DNA from: Nitrosopumilus sp.
Lineage (GTDB): Archaea; Thermoproteota; Nitrososphaeria; Nitrososphaerales; Nitrosopumilaceae
Length of the DNA stretch: 64,000 nucleotides
Assembly: GCA_963662625.1 (NCBI GenBank)
Contig: OY759726.1
Coordinates: 1,120,001 to 1,184,000 of the forward strand
Reading direction: 5' to 3'
In this document: one piece after another, positions 19,530 through 29,925 of the stretch
How the letters are laid out: every line of letters starts with the position of its first letter
Position numbering within the stretch: the first letter of the stretch is position 1
Position numbers and translations under genes: made by a program
The notes under the pieces: model-generated
The model's input: only the letters and a program-made list of their open reading frames with translations
What the model was told of the DNA's origin: nothing
Database searches by the model: none

Positions 19530-20452
19530 CGACGATTGCCAAGCGGCAGGAATACAGGAAGCTCTTCAAGCAGAACGTGGCAAGGAGGCTGCTGGTAGAC
19601 AAGGCGGTGAGGCTGGCGGTCATCGCGTGCGTGATCACGGCCATCGTCCCCCTCGGGAGCATAATAGTCGAGGTGTTCAGGAACGGGATCGCCGCGATGA
19701 GCATCGAGTTCCTCACGCAGACCCCGGGGGCGGTCGGCTCCGGGGACGGTGGGATAGGGCCGGCCATCCAGGGCACGCTGATCGTCGTGGGCCTGGCAAG
19801 CCTGATCGGGGGGCCCATAGGGCTGATGTCGGGGATATTCCTGGCGGAGTTCGGGGACAACAGGCTTGCCAGGTCGGTAAGGTTCTTCAACGACGTCTTC
19901 ATGGAGTTCCCGTCGATCGTCCTGGGGATATTCGCGTTCTTGGTCATAGTGCTGGTCTTTGGCAACTTTTCGGTATGGGCGGGGGCGTTCGCGTTGGCGC
20001 TGATAATGTTCCCCATAGTGGCAAGGACCACCGAGGAGTCCCTGAAGATGGTGCCAGTCACCTACAGGGAGGCCGGCATAGCGCTGGGCCTCAAGCAGTG
20101 GGTGGTGATCATCAGGGTGGTGATGGCGGCCGCGAAAAGCGGCCTAGTGACGGGGGTGCTCCTTTCGGTGGCAAGGATAGGGGGCGAGACCGCCCCGCTC
20201 ATCATGACGATACTGGGCAGCAGCATATTCTTCAGGAGCTTCGACGCGCCCATGGACGCGCTGCCGCTGAGGATATGGACCCTGTCGCTGCTGCCGTACG
20301 ACAGCGCGCAGCTCCACGGGTGGGGCTCGGCGCTGGTCCTGATCATGATCATACTGGCCATAAACCTGGGGGTGAGGTACGCCGTGCTGAGGAAGAAGAA
20401 CTCCGGCATACTGGGCGGGCTCTTCAGCCAGATGGGGGGCGGCAGGAAATGA
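19526..20452 (+). CDS. pstA: Phosphate ABC transporter permease
   Basis: TTG overlapping pstC stop; GGIGPAIQGT, PSIVLGIF, ARIGGETAPL. Confidence 0.93.
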   Translation: MTTIAKRQEYRKLFKQNVARRLLVDKAVRLAVIACVITAIVPLGSIIVEVFRNGIAAMSIEFLTQTPGAVGSGDGGIGPAIQGTLIVVGLASLIGGPIGLMSGIFLAEFGDNRLARSVRFFNDVFMEFPSIVLGIFAFLVIVLVFGNFSVWAGAFALALIMFPIVARTTEESLKMVPVTYREAGIALGLKQWVVIIRVVMAAAKSGLVTGVLLSVARIGGETAPLIMTILGSSIFFRSFDAPMDALPLRIWTLSLLPYDSAQLHGWGSALVLIMIILAINLGVRYAVLRKKNSGILGGLFSQMGGGRK

Positions 20453-21279
20453 CCCTGAACATAGAGCCCGGGTTCGTCCAGTCACAGGACATGTCGGAGC
20501 CGCAAGCCGGCCCCGAGGGGGAGAGGCTCAAGATGGTCGCAGAAAACGTGACGATATCCTACAGCGGCATACCGGCGGTGAAGGACGTCACGATGAAGTT
20601 CAGGGAGAAGACGGTCACCGCGCTGATAGGGCCGTCGGGCTGCGGCAAGACCACGTTTCTCAGGTGCCTCAACAGGATGCACGACATGACAAAAAACGCC
20701 GAGGTGCGGGGCAAGGTCATGATCGACGGGATCGACCTCTATTCCAAGGAGATCGACCCGATCTACCACCGGAGGAAGGTGGGTATGGTGTTCCAAAAGC
20801 CGAACCCGTTCCCGACGATGTCGATCTACGACAACGTGACCGCGGGGCTGCGCCTCAACGGCGTAAGGGACAAGAAGATCCTCGGCGAGATAGTGGAGGA
20901 CGCGCTGAACATGGCATACCTGTGGGACGAGGTGAAAGACGACCTGAAAAAGCCGGCGCTCGAGCTGTCAGGCGGGCAACAGCAGAGGCTGTGCATCGCG
21001 CGCGCGCTCGCCATACAGCCGGAGGTGCTGCTGATGGACGAGCCGGCGTCGGCGCTGGATCCCATCGCCACGCAGAAGATCGAGGAGACGATCACCAAGC
21101 TGAAGGAGGAGTTTACCATAATCATCGTCACGCACAACATGCAGCAGGCGGTGCGCGTCTCGGACTATACCGGGTTCATGTACCTAGGGGACCTGATAGA
21201 GTTTGAGGAAACGAAGCGGCTCTTCGAGGATCCGAAGAGCGAGCTTACCGCGAAATACGTCCAGGGCCAGTTCGGATAA
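20449..21279 (+). CDS. pstB: Phosphate ABC transporter ATPase
   Basis: GPSGCGKTT, FQKPNPFP, LSGGQQQRLCIARAL, VTHNMQQA. Confidence 0.96.
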   Translation: MTLNIEPGFVQSQDMSEPQAGPEGERLKMVAENVTISYSGIPAVKDVTMKFREKTVTALIGPSGCGKTTFLRCLNRMHDMTKNAEVRGKVMIDGIDLYSKEIDPIYHRRKVGMVFQKPNPFPTMSIYDNVTAGLRLNGVRDKKILGEIVEDALNMAYLWDEVKDDLKKPALELSGGQQQRLCIARALAIQPEVLLMDEPASALDPIATQKIEETITKLKEEFTIIIVTHNMQQAVRVSDYTGFMYLGDLIEFEETKRLFEDPKSELTAKYVQGQFG

Positions 21280-21914
21280 TGCCCAGGCTGATAGACCCCT
21301 CGCTTGACAGGCTCTCAAGCATAATGTCGGAGATGGGGGAGCTGGTGACCGAGTGCATCTCGCTTGCGGTGGACTCGTACCTGGAGGGAAAGGACACCTC
21401 GGACAGGGTGTACGAGCTGTCCGAGGAGATACGCAGCAAGTACTTCGAGACCGAGGACATCATCTTCGACGTGCTGCTGAAATACCAGCCGGTGGCGATC
21501 GACTTCAGGCTGATCCGCTCGTCCACCGAGATAGCGTACGCGTTCTCGCGGTTCGGCAGGTATTCCTATGACATAACGCTGGTGCGTGACCTGTTCGGGG
21601 ACATCTCCTCCTGCAAAAACGACGCCCTGGTCGAAATCTCGGAGAAGGTAAAGCACATCGTGAGGGAGGCGGTCATGTCCCTTGCCGAGCTGGACGTGGG
21701 GAGGGCGGTGAGGATCCAGGAGGACGAGTACTTTATCGACAGGATCTACAGGGAGCGGCTGCCAAAACTGATCGCGCTCAACGACACAAAGTGCGCGCTC
21801 ACGGAGGCCCTGCTGCTGCGGTACCTGGAGCGGATGGGCGACCACGCGCTGTTCATGAGCGACGCCATAAACTACATAGTCACGGGAAAGCACACGCCCG
21901 TGAGGGGGCGCTAG
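21279..21914 (+). CDS. phoU: PhoU family protein
   Basis: YQPVAIDFR, RYLERMGDH; follows pstB. Confidence 0.88.
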   Translation: MPRLIDPSLDRLSSIMSEMGELVTECISLAVDSYLEGKDTSDRVYELSEEIRSKYFETEDIIFDVLLKYQPVAIDFRLIRSSTEIAYAFSRFGRYSYDITLVRDLFGDISSCKNDALVEISEKVKHIVREAVMSLAELDVGRAVRIQEDEYFIDRIYRERLPKLIALNDTKCALTEALLLRYLERMGDHALFMSDAINYIVTGKHTPVRGR

Positions 21915-22049
21915 CGCACGCGGCGGCCAGGCCAGGCGCGCCCATGATCCGCGCGCGGCCCGCCGGGACGTGCCCCGGGAGCCGGATCCGGGCCGCTTTT
22001 GGAGGGCCGAAGGCAACACAGATTAAGCGAGCGCCACGTTAGGAGTGGC

Positions 22050-22451
22050 ATGGCCGAGGATCCGGAGATCGAGAGGATAAAGCAGAGGAAGCTGGAGGAG
22101 ATGCTGAGGCAGCAGAACCGGCCCCCCGCGGAGCCCGGCGTCGCGGACCTCGACGGCCGGGACTTTGACCGGGCAGTCTCCGCAGAGGGCCCCACGCTGG
22201 TGGACTTTTGGGCCGAGTGGTGCGGCCCGTGCAAGATGATGCACCCGGTGTTCGAGAGCATGTCGAGGAAGTACCCGGGGGTAAGGTTCGCGAGGGTGAA
22301 CGTTGACCGGAACCAGGAAGTCGCGGCGAGGTTCGGGGTGCAGTCGATCCCGACCTTCATAATGTTCAGGTCGGGGCGCCCCGTGGAGAGGATGATGGGG
22401 GCGGTGGGGGCCCCCGGGATCCACATGATCTGCAAAAAACACTCGGGCTAG
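22050..22451 (+). CDS. trxA: Thioredoxin
   Basis: DFWAEWCGPCK, QSIPT. Confidence 0.93.
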   Translation: MAEDPEIERIKQRKLEEMLRQQNRPPAEPGVADLDGRDFDRAVSAEGPTLVDFWAEWCGPCKMMHPVFESMSRKYPGVRFARVNVDRNQEVAARFGVQSIPTFIMFRSGRPVERMMGAVGAPGIHMICKKHSG

Positions 22452-24229
22452 TACGCGTATGCCGCGTCCCTGCCCCTCTGGATCCTGACGATCTCAGCTA
22501 GCACGTCCCGCTCTTCGGGGCCGAGCTTGTGCTGGAACCGGCCCAGCAGCTTCTTAGCCTCGTGGGACTTGGGAAGCGTGTAGAAGACGTCCTCCTCGAA
22601 CACGTGCCTGCCCACCGTAGCGTGCTGCACGGAGCACGCGACCTCCTGGCCGGCCCCGGCAGACGCGACAGTCTTCCCGTCGTGCTGCAGCTGGTGGACG
22701 GCGCCTATCCTGCGCCCCCCCGAGTTCATGAACGGCGCCTTCTGGCGCAGCGTCCCCGCGTCCACCCTTATCCCGAACACCGCGGGGTTGTTGTTCCTAA
22801 ACACGTACCCCTTGAGGAACGTGAACTTGGAGACCGGGGTGATCTCCGCGAAGACCGAGTCCTCCTCGTGCGCGGCGTCCTCCTCGACCCACGCGTTGTA
22901 CCCGTCGATGAGGCTGTAGATCACCCTGTCCTCAAACACCCGTACAAAGCTGTTCTCCGCCTCCTCCCTCGCGTCGGGAAGGACCCTGACGTTGAACGCC
23001 AGGACGACGCCGAGGTGCCTGTCGTTCTCCTTGACGGCCCTGGCCTCCACGACGTCCCTCCTGGTGACGGGGCCTATGTCTGCCTTTGCCACCGGCACTT
23101 GCGAGCGGTGGAGCATCCCGACTACCGCCTCGAGCGACCCTATGGTGTCGCACTTGAGGGTGACCCCGTTGGTCTCGGTATCGACGAAGACGGACTTTAT
23201 CTCCGACTCGATCTGCTCGGTGAACCTCCTGATCTCCGCGTCGTCGGACGCCACGTACAGCGTGCTCCCGGGAAGCACGCCCTCGAGATCCGGCGAGGCG
23301 ATCTTCACGCCAGCCGCCGCGTCGACCCTCTGCACCGGCTTGAACTTGTCCCTGGGATCCCGCATCTCGTCGAGCGGCTTCGGCAGGAGGATCGCCTTGG
23401 GCCTGGCGACCACCACGGAGTCCCTCCTTGCCACCACCATGCTGTCTCCCTTCCTGATGGCCCCGTCGATCAGGATGACGTTTGCGGTCTGGCCTAGGCC
23501 AACCTCGTCGTTTACCTCCAGGACTATCCCGCGCGGATCCTTCTCCTGCTGGTCCAGGCGCCGCTTGAGGTACTGCTGCGTCAGGCCGACGAGCACCGCG
23601 AGTAGTTCCGGGATCCCGGTGCCCAGCCTGGCGGAGATCGGTACTATCGAGACCTCCGACTTGAAGTCCTTCACCCGGTAGAACGCCTCCGACTGGTACC
23701 CCAGTATGGACATGGTGCCCACGACGTCGTAGATCTTTTGATCCAGGTCGGCCTGGACCGAGGCGTCCTGCTCCTTGATCGCCTGGGAGATGAACGCCGT
23801 CTCGGACTTGCGCCAGCCGGACAGCTGGTCGCACTTGTTCAGCGCGATGACGAACGGGACCTTCCTGCCCTGCAGTATGCTCAGGCTCTCGTTTGTCTGG
23901 GGCTGGAACCCCCTGCTGGCGTCCACCACGAGTATCGCGATGTCGGCCGCAGACCCGCCCCTGGACCTCAGGTTTCTGAACACCTCGTGCCCGGGGGTGT
24001 CGATAACCAGGATGCCGGGGATCCTGCTCTCGGCCCCTTCGAGCTTTTTGTACAGGGGGCCGCACGCCTTCTTGAGGGTCTCGGCGGGGAGGAAGCTGGC
24101 GCCTATGTGCTGGGTTATCCCGCCCGCCTCGCGGCCCTGCACCCCGGTGCCGCGGATCCTGTCAAGGAGGGATGTCTTTCCAGAGTCTACGTGGCCTAGG
24201 ACTGCCACGATGGGCTGGCGGATCTGCAA
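22448..24229 (-). CDS. infB: Translation initiation factor aIF5B (IF-2)
   Basis: GHVDSGKT, EAGGITQHIGA, DTPGHE, NKCD. Confidence 0.96.
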   Translation of the reverse strand: MQIRQPIVAVLGHVDSGKTSLLDRIRGTGVQGREAGGITQHIGASFLPAETLKKACGPLYKKLEGAESRIPGILVIDTPGHEVFRNLRSRGGSAADIAILVVDASRGFQPQTNESLSILQGRKVPFVIALNKCDQLSGWRKSETAFISQAIKEQDASVQADLDQKIYDVVGTMSILGYQSEAFYRVKDFKSEVSIVPISARLGTGIPELLAVLVGLTQQYLKRRLDQQEKDPRGIVLEVNDEVGLGQTANVILIDGAIRKGDSMVVARRDSVVVARPKAILLPKPLDEMRDPRDKFKPVQRVDAAAGVKIASPDLEGVLPGSTLYVASDDAEIRRFTEQIESEIKSVFVDTETNGVTLKCDTIGSLEAVVGMLHRSQVPVAKADIGPVTRRDVVEARAVKENDRHLGVVLAFNVRVLPDAREEAENSFVRVFEDRVIYSLIDGYNAWVEEDAAHEEDSVFAEITPVSKFTFLKGYVFRNNNPAVFGIRVDAGTLRQKAPFMNSGGRRIGAVHQLQHDGKTVASAGAGQEVACSVQHATVGRHVFEEDVFYTLPKSHEAKKLLGRFQHKLGPEERDVLAEIVRIQRGRDAAYAY

Positions 24230-24235
24230 GCCGGA

Positions 24236-24637
24236 TCACTCAAACGCTACCCTCGACTCGTGTTCAAAACTCGCCTGCGAGTCCGACGCGTGGATGATGT
24301 TGTCGGTAAAGCCCAGGCCAAAGTCGCCCCTGATGGAGCCGGGTGAGGCCTCGAACGATTTCGTGGCGCCTACCATTATCCTGGTGGTCGCGACGGCGTT
24401 GTTTCCCTCGATTACCGCGGCGACCACGGGGCCCGACGTGATAAACGACGTCAGGTCCCCGAAGAACGGCTTGTCCTTGTGGACGCCGTAAAAGCTCTCG
24501 GCCTGCTCCCGCGTAAACGTGAACATCTTCAGCTTCAGGACCTTGAACCCCTTTCTCTCGAACCTGGCGATGACCTCGCCGGACAGGTTCCTGGCCACCG
24601 CGTCCGGCTTTATGATGAACAGCGTCCGCTCGGGCAT
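24236..24637 (-). CDS. ndk: Nucleoside diphosphate kinase
   Basis: IIKPDAV, PGSIRGDF, NIIHASDS. Confidence 0.96.
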   Translation of the reverse strand: MPERTLFIIKPDAVARNLSGEVIARFERKGFKVLKLKMFTFTREQAESFYGVHKDKPFFGDLTSFITSGPVVAAVIEGNNAVATTRIMVGATKSFEASPGSIRGDFGLGFTDNIIHASDSQASFEHESRVAFE

Positions 24638-24638
24638 C

Positions 24639-24839
24639 TCACTTCCTCCTGATTCCGCCCTTTACGTACTTGTTGGTCCACTTTAGCTTCCTCGGGTCGC
24701 GCTTGAGCACCAGCGCGTTCTTCTTGCATTTTGCGGAGCAGAACCACAGGACGGTGCCGTCGTTCTTCGCGAGCATCGTGCCCGAGCCCTTTGCCACGGG
24801 CCGGTCGCAGAAGTTGCAGGGTTTGACTAGTACGCTCAT
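24639..24839 (-). CDS. rpl24e: 50S ribosomal protein L24e
   Basis: CNFC...FCSAKC...PRKLKWT. Confidence 0.95.
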   Translation of the reverse strand: MSVLVKPCNFCDRPVAKGSGTMLAKNDGTVLWFCSAKCKKNALVLKRDPRKLKWTNKYVKGGIRRK

Positions 24840-24851
24840 TTCCCAATCCGC

Positions 24852-25064
24852 CTACTTTATCTTCTTAGCTTCCCGCTCCGTCTCCCGCAGCATCAGGATC
24901 TCCCCCAGCCTGACGGAGCCCTTGACGTTTCGGGTCAGGATCCTGCCCTTGTCCTTGCCGGTCAGGACCTTGACCCTCACCTGTATTACCTCGCCGGCGA
25001 TGCCGGTCCTCCCCACGATTTGGATGATCTCAGACTGGGTTACTTCTTCTGCAGTTTCGCTCAT
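24852..25064 (-). CDS. rps28e: 30S ribosomal protein S28e
   Basis: [27 protein letters not shown]. Confidence 0.95.
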   Translation of the reverse strand: MSETAEEVTQSEIIQIVGRTGIAGEVIQVRVKVLTGKDKGRILTRNVKGSVRLGEILMLRETEREAKKIK

Positions 25065-25447
25065 TGATCAGTCTTTCCACCTTTAATCTTGTTAATCGAC
25101 GCCACGACCTGGTCCACGATGTGCTGCGCGTCGCCCGCGTCCAAAATCGCAGCGGCCGCAGAGGTGATGTCGATTCCGAGCGAGCTGCCCAGTTCCTGCT
25201 TGCTCGGGACGAACGCGTAGGCCGCGCCCTGTTCCTCGCACAGGATCGGGAGGTGCGCCACCACCTCGGGCGGCTCGACGTCCTCGGCAATCACGATCAG
25301 CTTGCTGGTCCCGCGCTCGATGGCCTTGGTGGCCTCGTTGGTGCCCTTCCGCACCTTGCCGCTGGTGGACGCCACCCTTACCGCCTCCAGTATGGGATTG
25401 ACAAGATCCCCCGGAGTCTCGAATTTCACGTAATAAGCCTTACCCAT
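25061..25447 (-). CDS. rpl7ae: 50S ribosomal protein L7Ae
   Basis: [28 protein letters not shown]. Confidence 0.96.
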   Translation of the reverse strand: MGKAYYVKFETPGDLVNPILEAVRVASTSGKVRKGTNEATKAIERGTSKLIVIAEDVEPPEVVAHLPILCEEQGAAYAFVPSKQELGSSLGIDITSAAAAILDAGDAQHIVDQVVASINKIKGGKTDQ

Positions 25448-25504
25448 GCCAGTCACCCAGGGGATCATTCACCATTCCCATCATGCGAGCGATTGGTTTT
25501 AAAA
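25448..25504 (-). promoter_or_regulatory. L7Ae promoter (TTTTAAAA) and 5' UTR with a K-turn/K-loop-like motif
   Basis: Minus strand AAT-GA-T-CC-CCTG-GG-T-GA between TATA (25497-25504) and ATG. Confidence 0.55.
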
Positions 25505-26892
25505 GTGTTGTCTGAAAATCCGCCGGGCGGGGGGCGCGCCTGCCGGCCGCCGACGACGGACTCTGCCCTTTGCATGAACTCTGCCATCAGGGCATCCAGC
25601 ACGTCCCTGCTACGGGCCTCGGCGTATACCCGGATTATGGGCTCGGTGCCGCTCGGCCTCACCATGACCCAGCTTCCTTCCCCCCTTGGGATCTTGATCC
25701 CGTCGGTGGTGTCGGCGCCGGGGAACTCCTCGGCAAGCGACCCCATCAGGAGGCCCGCCTGCTCCGGGCTGCAGGGGATCTTGTCCTTGGTCGTGAAGGA
25801 CTCGGGGAGCTCCGAGGCCAGGTCTGACAGGGGCCTCCCAGAGCCCGCCAGCATGTCCAGCATCAGCGCCATGGCCATGGCCCCGTCCCTGACCTGGTTG
25901 TGGCTGCCGAACATGAACCCGCCGTTCTCCTCGAACCCGACCAGGGCCCCCTCGGCGACCATCCTGCGCGAGACCTCCACGCTCCCGACCCTCGTGCGGA
26001 TGACTTCCGAGCCGTACCTGCCCGCCACGGCCTCTATGGCAGAGCCAGAGTTGACGCAGGTGACCACCGTCGCGCCCGGGTTCCTGGCCAGGACGTGCCT
26101 TGAGAGCAGGAGCGCAGACCTGTCCCCGGTCAGGACAGCCCCCCGGTCGTCGCAAAACAGGCTCCTGTCGCCGTCGCCGTCAAACGCGATCCCCATGTCC
26201 GCCCGGCTCTCCAGCACCGCCCGGGACAGGCCGGAGAGGTTCTGCGGGGTCGGCTCGGGGCCGCGCCCCGGGAACGCGCCGTCGATCTCCCCGTTGACGA
26301 GGACCACCCGGCACCCCAGCGCCTCGGCCAGTCCCGGCGCCGCCACCGCCTGGGCGCCGTTGCCGAGATCCAGCGCCACCTTGAAGTTCCCCCGCCTGAT
26401 CTTCTCGGCGCTGACCCGGGAGGCAACCGCCCCCTGGTACGCCCGGACCGCGCCGCCGTCCCGTCCAGAGGCGCCGGGCCTGGAGGGCCTCGCGCCCCAT
26501 CTTTTTTGCAGGAAGATGTCCTCTATCGCCAGCTCGTCCTCCCTGGAAACCTCCACGCCGTCCCCGGCGACGGGCTTGATCCCGTTGTACTGGGGCGGGT
26601 TGTGCGAGGCGGTCACCATGATCCCGCCAGCATAGCCGCGCTCCCTCACGGAGTATTCCAGGCAGGGGGTGGGGACCAGGCCCGCGTCGCTGCAGTCCAG
26701 CCCCGCAAAATTCAGCGCGGAGCGGACCACCTTGCCCACCACGGGGCTCGAACTGCGCCCGTCGCAGCCGACCAAGATGGGGCCCTTCCCGAAGTGCGCC
26801 GCGATCGCCAGCGTCATGTCGTGGACGAACTCGAGGGTGAGATCCTCCGGAAATGCCCCGCGGATCCCGTTGGTCCCAAAAAACCTGGCCAT
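25465..26892 (-). CDS. glmM: Phosphoglucosamine mutase / phosphohexomutase
   Basis: FGTNGIRG, TASHNP, DGDGDR, GFEENG, RPSGTEP. Confidence 0.9.
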   Translation of the reverse strand: MARFFGTNGIRGAFPEDLTLEFVHDMTLAIAAHFGKGPILVGCDGRSSSPVVGKVVRSALNFAGLDCSDAGLVPTPCLEYSVRERGYAGGIMVTASHNPPQYNGIKPVAGDGVEVSREDELAIEDIFLQKRWGARPSRPGASGRDGGAVRAYQGAVASRVSAEKIRRGNFKVALDLGNGAQAVAAPGLAEALGCRVVLVNGEIDGAFPGRGPEPTPQNLSGLSRAVLESRADMGIAFDGDGDRSLFCDDRGAVLTGDRSALLLSRHVLARNPGATVVTCVNSGSAIEAVAGRYGSEVIRTRVGSVEVSRRMVAEGALVGFEENGGFMFGSHNQVRDGAMAMALMLDMLAGSGRPLSDLASELPESFTTKDKIPCSPEQAGLLMGSLAEEFPGADTTDGIKIPRGEGSWVMVRPSGTEPIIRVYAEARSRDVLDALMAEFMQRAESVVGGRQARPPPGGFSDNTFKTNRSHDGNGE

Positions 26893-26970
26893 TGCACCCC
26901 TTGGGGGACGGCCGAATTAGTGTTTATCTTAAGCCGGGCCGGTAGCCGGGCTTTTCCAAGGCCGCCCCGG

Positions 26971-27471
26971 CTAGTCCACCCTGATCTTCCTCGCCTTTTT
27001 CCTGCCGCCCATCTTCTTGAGCTCGGACTCTAGGAACTTCCTGTACTTCCCGGCCTCTTCCTCAGTCATGTTGGCGACGTTCGAGCTGAGGATCGAGCCC
27101 ATGGTGGCCATCTTCTCAAGCAGGTCCACGGCGACGAACCTGCCCGCGTTTCCCACCCTGAAAAGCACGTCCAGCTGTTTTTTTACGATGTCGTTGATCT
27201 TGTCCACGTCCTCCGCGGTCTCCGCGCCTTTCCGCGTCAGCCTGTATTTCCCGCCGCTCGCCTCCTCCACGAGCTTTTCGTCAAGCAACCTTCCCAGCAG
27301 CGGGTAGATCAGCCCCGGGGAGGGCTTCCATATCCCGCTGCTCTGCTCGACGGCATGGTCTATGATCTCTTTTCCCGTGTGCGGCTTCTTTTTGAGCAAC
27401 TCCAGTATGAAGTATCTGGAAAACCCCCTTGGAACGGAGCTCCCGACCCTCTGGAACCATTCGGATATCAT
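26971..27471 (-). CDS. PadR family transcriptional regulator
   Basis: ILELL...WKPSPGLIYPLL...YRLTRKG. Confidence 0.88.
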   Translation of the reverse strand: MISEWFQRVGSSVPRGFSRYFILELLKKKPHTGKEIIDHAVEQSSGIWKPSPGLIYPLLGRLLDEKLVEEASGGKYRLTRKGAETAEDVDKINDIVKKQLDVLFRVGNAGRFVAVDLLEKMATMGSILSSNVANMTEEEAGKYRKFLESELKKMGGRKKARKIRVD

Positions 27472-27776
27472 CACTAGTAATATCGCTAGCGATATATTTT
27501 AACCCTTCGGCCGGCCGCCCGCGGCCGCCGCGCGGCGCCCCCCGGCCCGGCATCGCCAGCCGGCGTGCCGGTTGTGGGGGGCGCGCGATCCGGGACGCCC
27601 GCCGCGCCATGCGGCAGGCCCCCGCGGCGCGGGGGCAAGGCGTCGCGGGCCCCGGCGTGCGTCCCCCGGCGCGGATCCGTTTTTTTGGTTGGGGAGAGTG
27701 GCGGCCCGCGCGCTGCCGCCGCGCCGGGGCCCATTACTACATATTTAACCCACATGAAACGAAGTTTGACTGAAAA

Positions 27777-29489
27777 ATGACCGCGACCGTGGAGTTCGAT
27801 CTAGTCATCTGTGGTTCCGGCCTGGCCGGGCTGCGTGCCGCCATAGCAGCTGCCGGCAAAAACCCCAAAATCAGGATCGGGATAGTCTCAAAACTGCAGG
27901 TGATGCGCTCCCACTCCGTCTCGGCGGAGGGGGGCACGGCCGCGGTGCTCTTCGAGGACGAGGGCGACACCATCGAGTCGCACATATACGACACGGTGAA
28001 GGGGAGCGACTTTCTCGCAGACCAGGACGTCGCCGAGAGGCTCTGCGTCGAGATGCCCAGCGAGATCCAGCTGCTGAACCGGTGGGGGATGCCGTGGTCG
28101 CGGAGAAAGGACGGGAGGATCGACCAGCGGGCGTTTGGCGGGTACAGCTTCCCGCGCGCGACCTACGCGTCCGACAAGGTGGGGTTCTTCGAGATGCAGA
28201 CGCTGTACGATACCTGCCAAAAGTACGAAAACATCGAGTACCTCAACGAGTGGTTCGCGACCTCGATCGTGCACGACGGGAAGCGGTTCATGGGGCTGAC
28301 CGCAATCGAGCTGTCGTCGGGGACATTCCACGCCGTCAAGGGCAAGGCGCTGATCATCGCGACCGGCGGGGCCGGCAGGTTGTACAGCTTTTCGACGTAC
28401 GCGCTGTCGTCCACCCCGGACGGCCTTGACATGGCGTTCAGGGCGGGGATGGCCCTCAAGGACATGGAGTTCGTGCAGTTTCACCCGACCGGGATCCTGC
28501 CGTCGGGGATACTGATCACGGAGGGAGCGCGCGGCGAGGGGGGCTACCTACTGAACAACCGGGGCGAGAGGTTCATGAAGAAGTACGCGGCCGAGAAGAT
28601 GGAGCTGGCCCCCCGCGACATCGTCTCGCGCTCCATCATGACGGAGATCCAGGAAGGCCGGGGGTTCAAGCACGAGACCGGGGTCGACTGCATGAAGCTG
28701 GACCTGCGGCACATCGGCAACGAGGTGATAAAGGAGAAGCTGGGGGGCATCAGGGAGATATCGATCAAGTTCTCGGGGGTCGACCCCGCCACGGATGTCC
28801 TGGACATAAGGCCGGTGTGCCACTACATGATGGGCGGGATCCACACCGACATCGAGGGGGCGACGGAACTGCGTGGGGTGTGGGCAGCCGGCGAGGTGGC
28901 CTGCAACAGCACCCACGGCTCGAACAGGCTCGGGGCCAACTCCACCTCCGAGTGCATCGTGTGGGGGAAGATCACGGGGGAGCTGGCCGTGGACTACATC
29001 GAGAAGGGCGTCCCCGCCATCCCGTGGCCGCACCACCTGGTTGCCTCGGAGGAGAAGCGGATCTACGACGGGGTATTCCGCGGGAGCGGCGACGCCAACC
29101 CCTACGAGATCCGCCAGGAGCTGACCGACACGATGAACGAGAGGGCGTACGTCTTCAGGAACGAGGCCGACATGGTGGCGGGGCTGAAGAAGGTGCGCCA
29201 GCTTAAGGCGTCGGCGTGGAAGCACGTGGACGACAAGGCAAAGGAGTACAACACCAACTTCGTAAACGTGATGGAGCTCGACTCCATGCTGAGGACCGCG
29301 GAGGTGGTCCTGGTGGGCGCAATCAGCAGGAAGGAGTCGCGCGGCGCGCACGCGCGCACCGACTACCCGAAGCGCGACGACGCGAACTTCCTCCACCACA
29401 CCCTTGCCTACCATGATCCGGGCGGGCCCATAATGAAGGCGTTCCCCGTGACAATCACTAAGTACAAGCCGGTGGAGAGGAAGTATTAG
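27777..29489 (+). CDS. sdhA: Succinate dehydrogenase flavoprotein subunit
   Basis: GSGLAG, RSHSVSAEGG, QFHPT, HYMMGG, HGSNRLGANS. Confidence 0.95.
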   Translation: MTATVEFDLVICGSGLAGLRAAIAAAGKNPKIRIGIVSKLQVMRSHSVSAEGGTAAVLFEDEGDTIESHIYDTVKGSDFLADQDVAERLCVEMPSEIQLLNRWGMPWSRRKDGRIDQRAFGGYSFPRATYASDKVGFFEMQTLYDTCQKYENIEYLNEWFATSIVHDGKRFMGLTAIELSSGTFHAVKGKALIIATGGAGRLYSFSTYALSSTPDGLDMAFRAGMALKDMEFVQFHPTGILPSGILITEGARGEGGYLLNNRGERFMKKYAAEKMELAPRDIVSRSIMTEIQEGRGFKHETGVDCMKLDLRHIGNEVIKEKLGGIREISIKFSGVDPATDVLDIRPVCHYMMGGIHTDIEGATELRGVWAAGEVACNSTHGSNRLGANSTSECIVWGKITGELAVDYIEKGVPAIPWPHHLVASEEKRIYDGVFRGSGDANPYEIRQELTDTMNERAYVFRNEADMVAGLKKVRQLKASAWKHVDDKAKEYNTNFVNVMELDSMLRTAEVVLVGAISRKESRGAHARTDYPKRDDANFLHHTLAYHDPGGPIMKAFPVTITKYKPVERKY

Positions 29490-29924
29490 ATGGACGCGCA
29501 CGACGAGCACAAGGAAGGAATAGGCGGGATGGCGAACCCCGGCAGGTACGGGATCGAGCGCGTGGCGTACTGGCTGATGCGCCTTACCGGGCTGGGCCTG
29601 CTGGCGTACTTCGTGGCCCACATATATGAGACGAGCAGCATCCTGCGGGGGAAGGCCGGGTGGGACGAGCTCCTGGCGATGACGCAGACCACGGAGGGGC
29701 ACCTGTTCCTGACGCTCGTGATCGGCATGTGCGTGTTCCATACCGTCAACGGCATCCGGGTGATGCTGGGCCACGGCGGCGTCGGCGTGGGAAGGCCGGC
29801 GCGGCCGGACTACCCGTACGAGCCGGCCTCCCAAAACGCAAGGCACAAGATCGGGATCTACACCGCGATAGTCCTGGCCGCGATCGCGATGATGTACGGC
29901 ATGGCCGTAATGTTCGGTGAGTGA
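29490..29924 (+). CDS. sdhC: Succinate dehydrogenase membrane subunit
   Basis: RLTG, FHTVNGIR, three TM helices, operon position. Confidence 0.88.
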   Translation: MDAHDEHKEGIGGMANPGRYGIERVAYWLMRLTGLGLLAYFVAHIYETSSILRGKAGWDELLAMTQTTEGHLFLTLVIGMCVFHTVNGIRVMLGHGGVGVGRPARPDYPYEPASQNARHKIGIYTAIVLAAIAMMYGMAVMFGE

Positions 29925-29925
29925 G

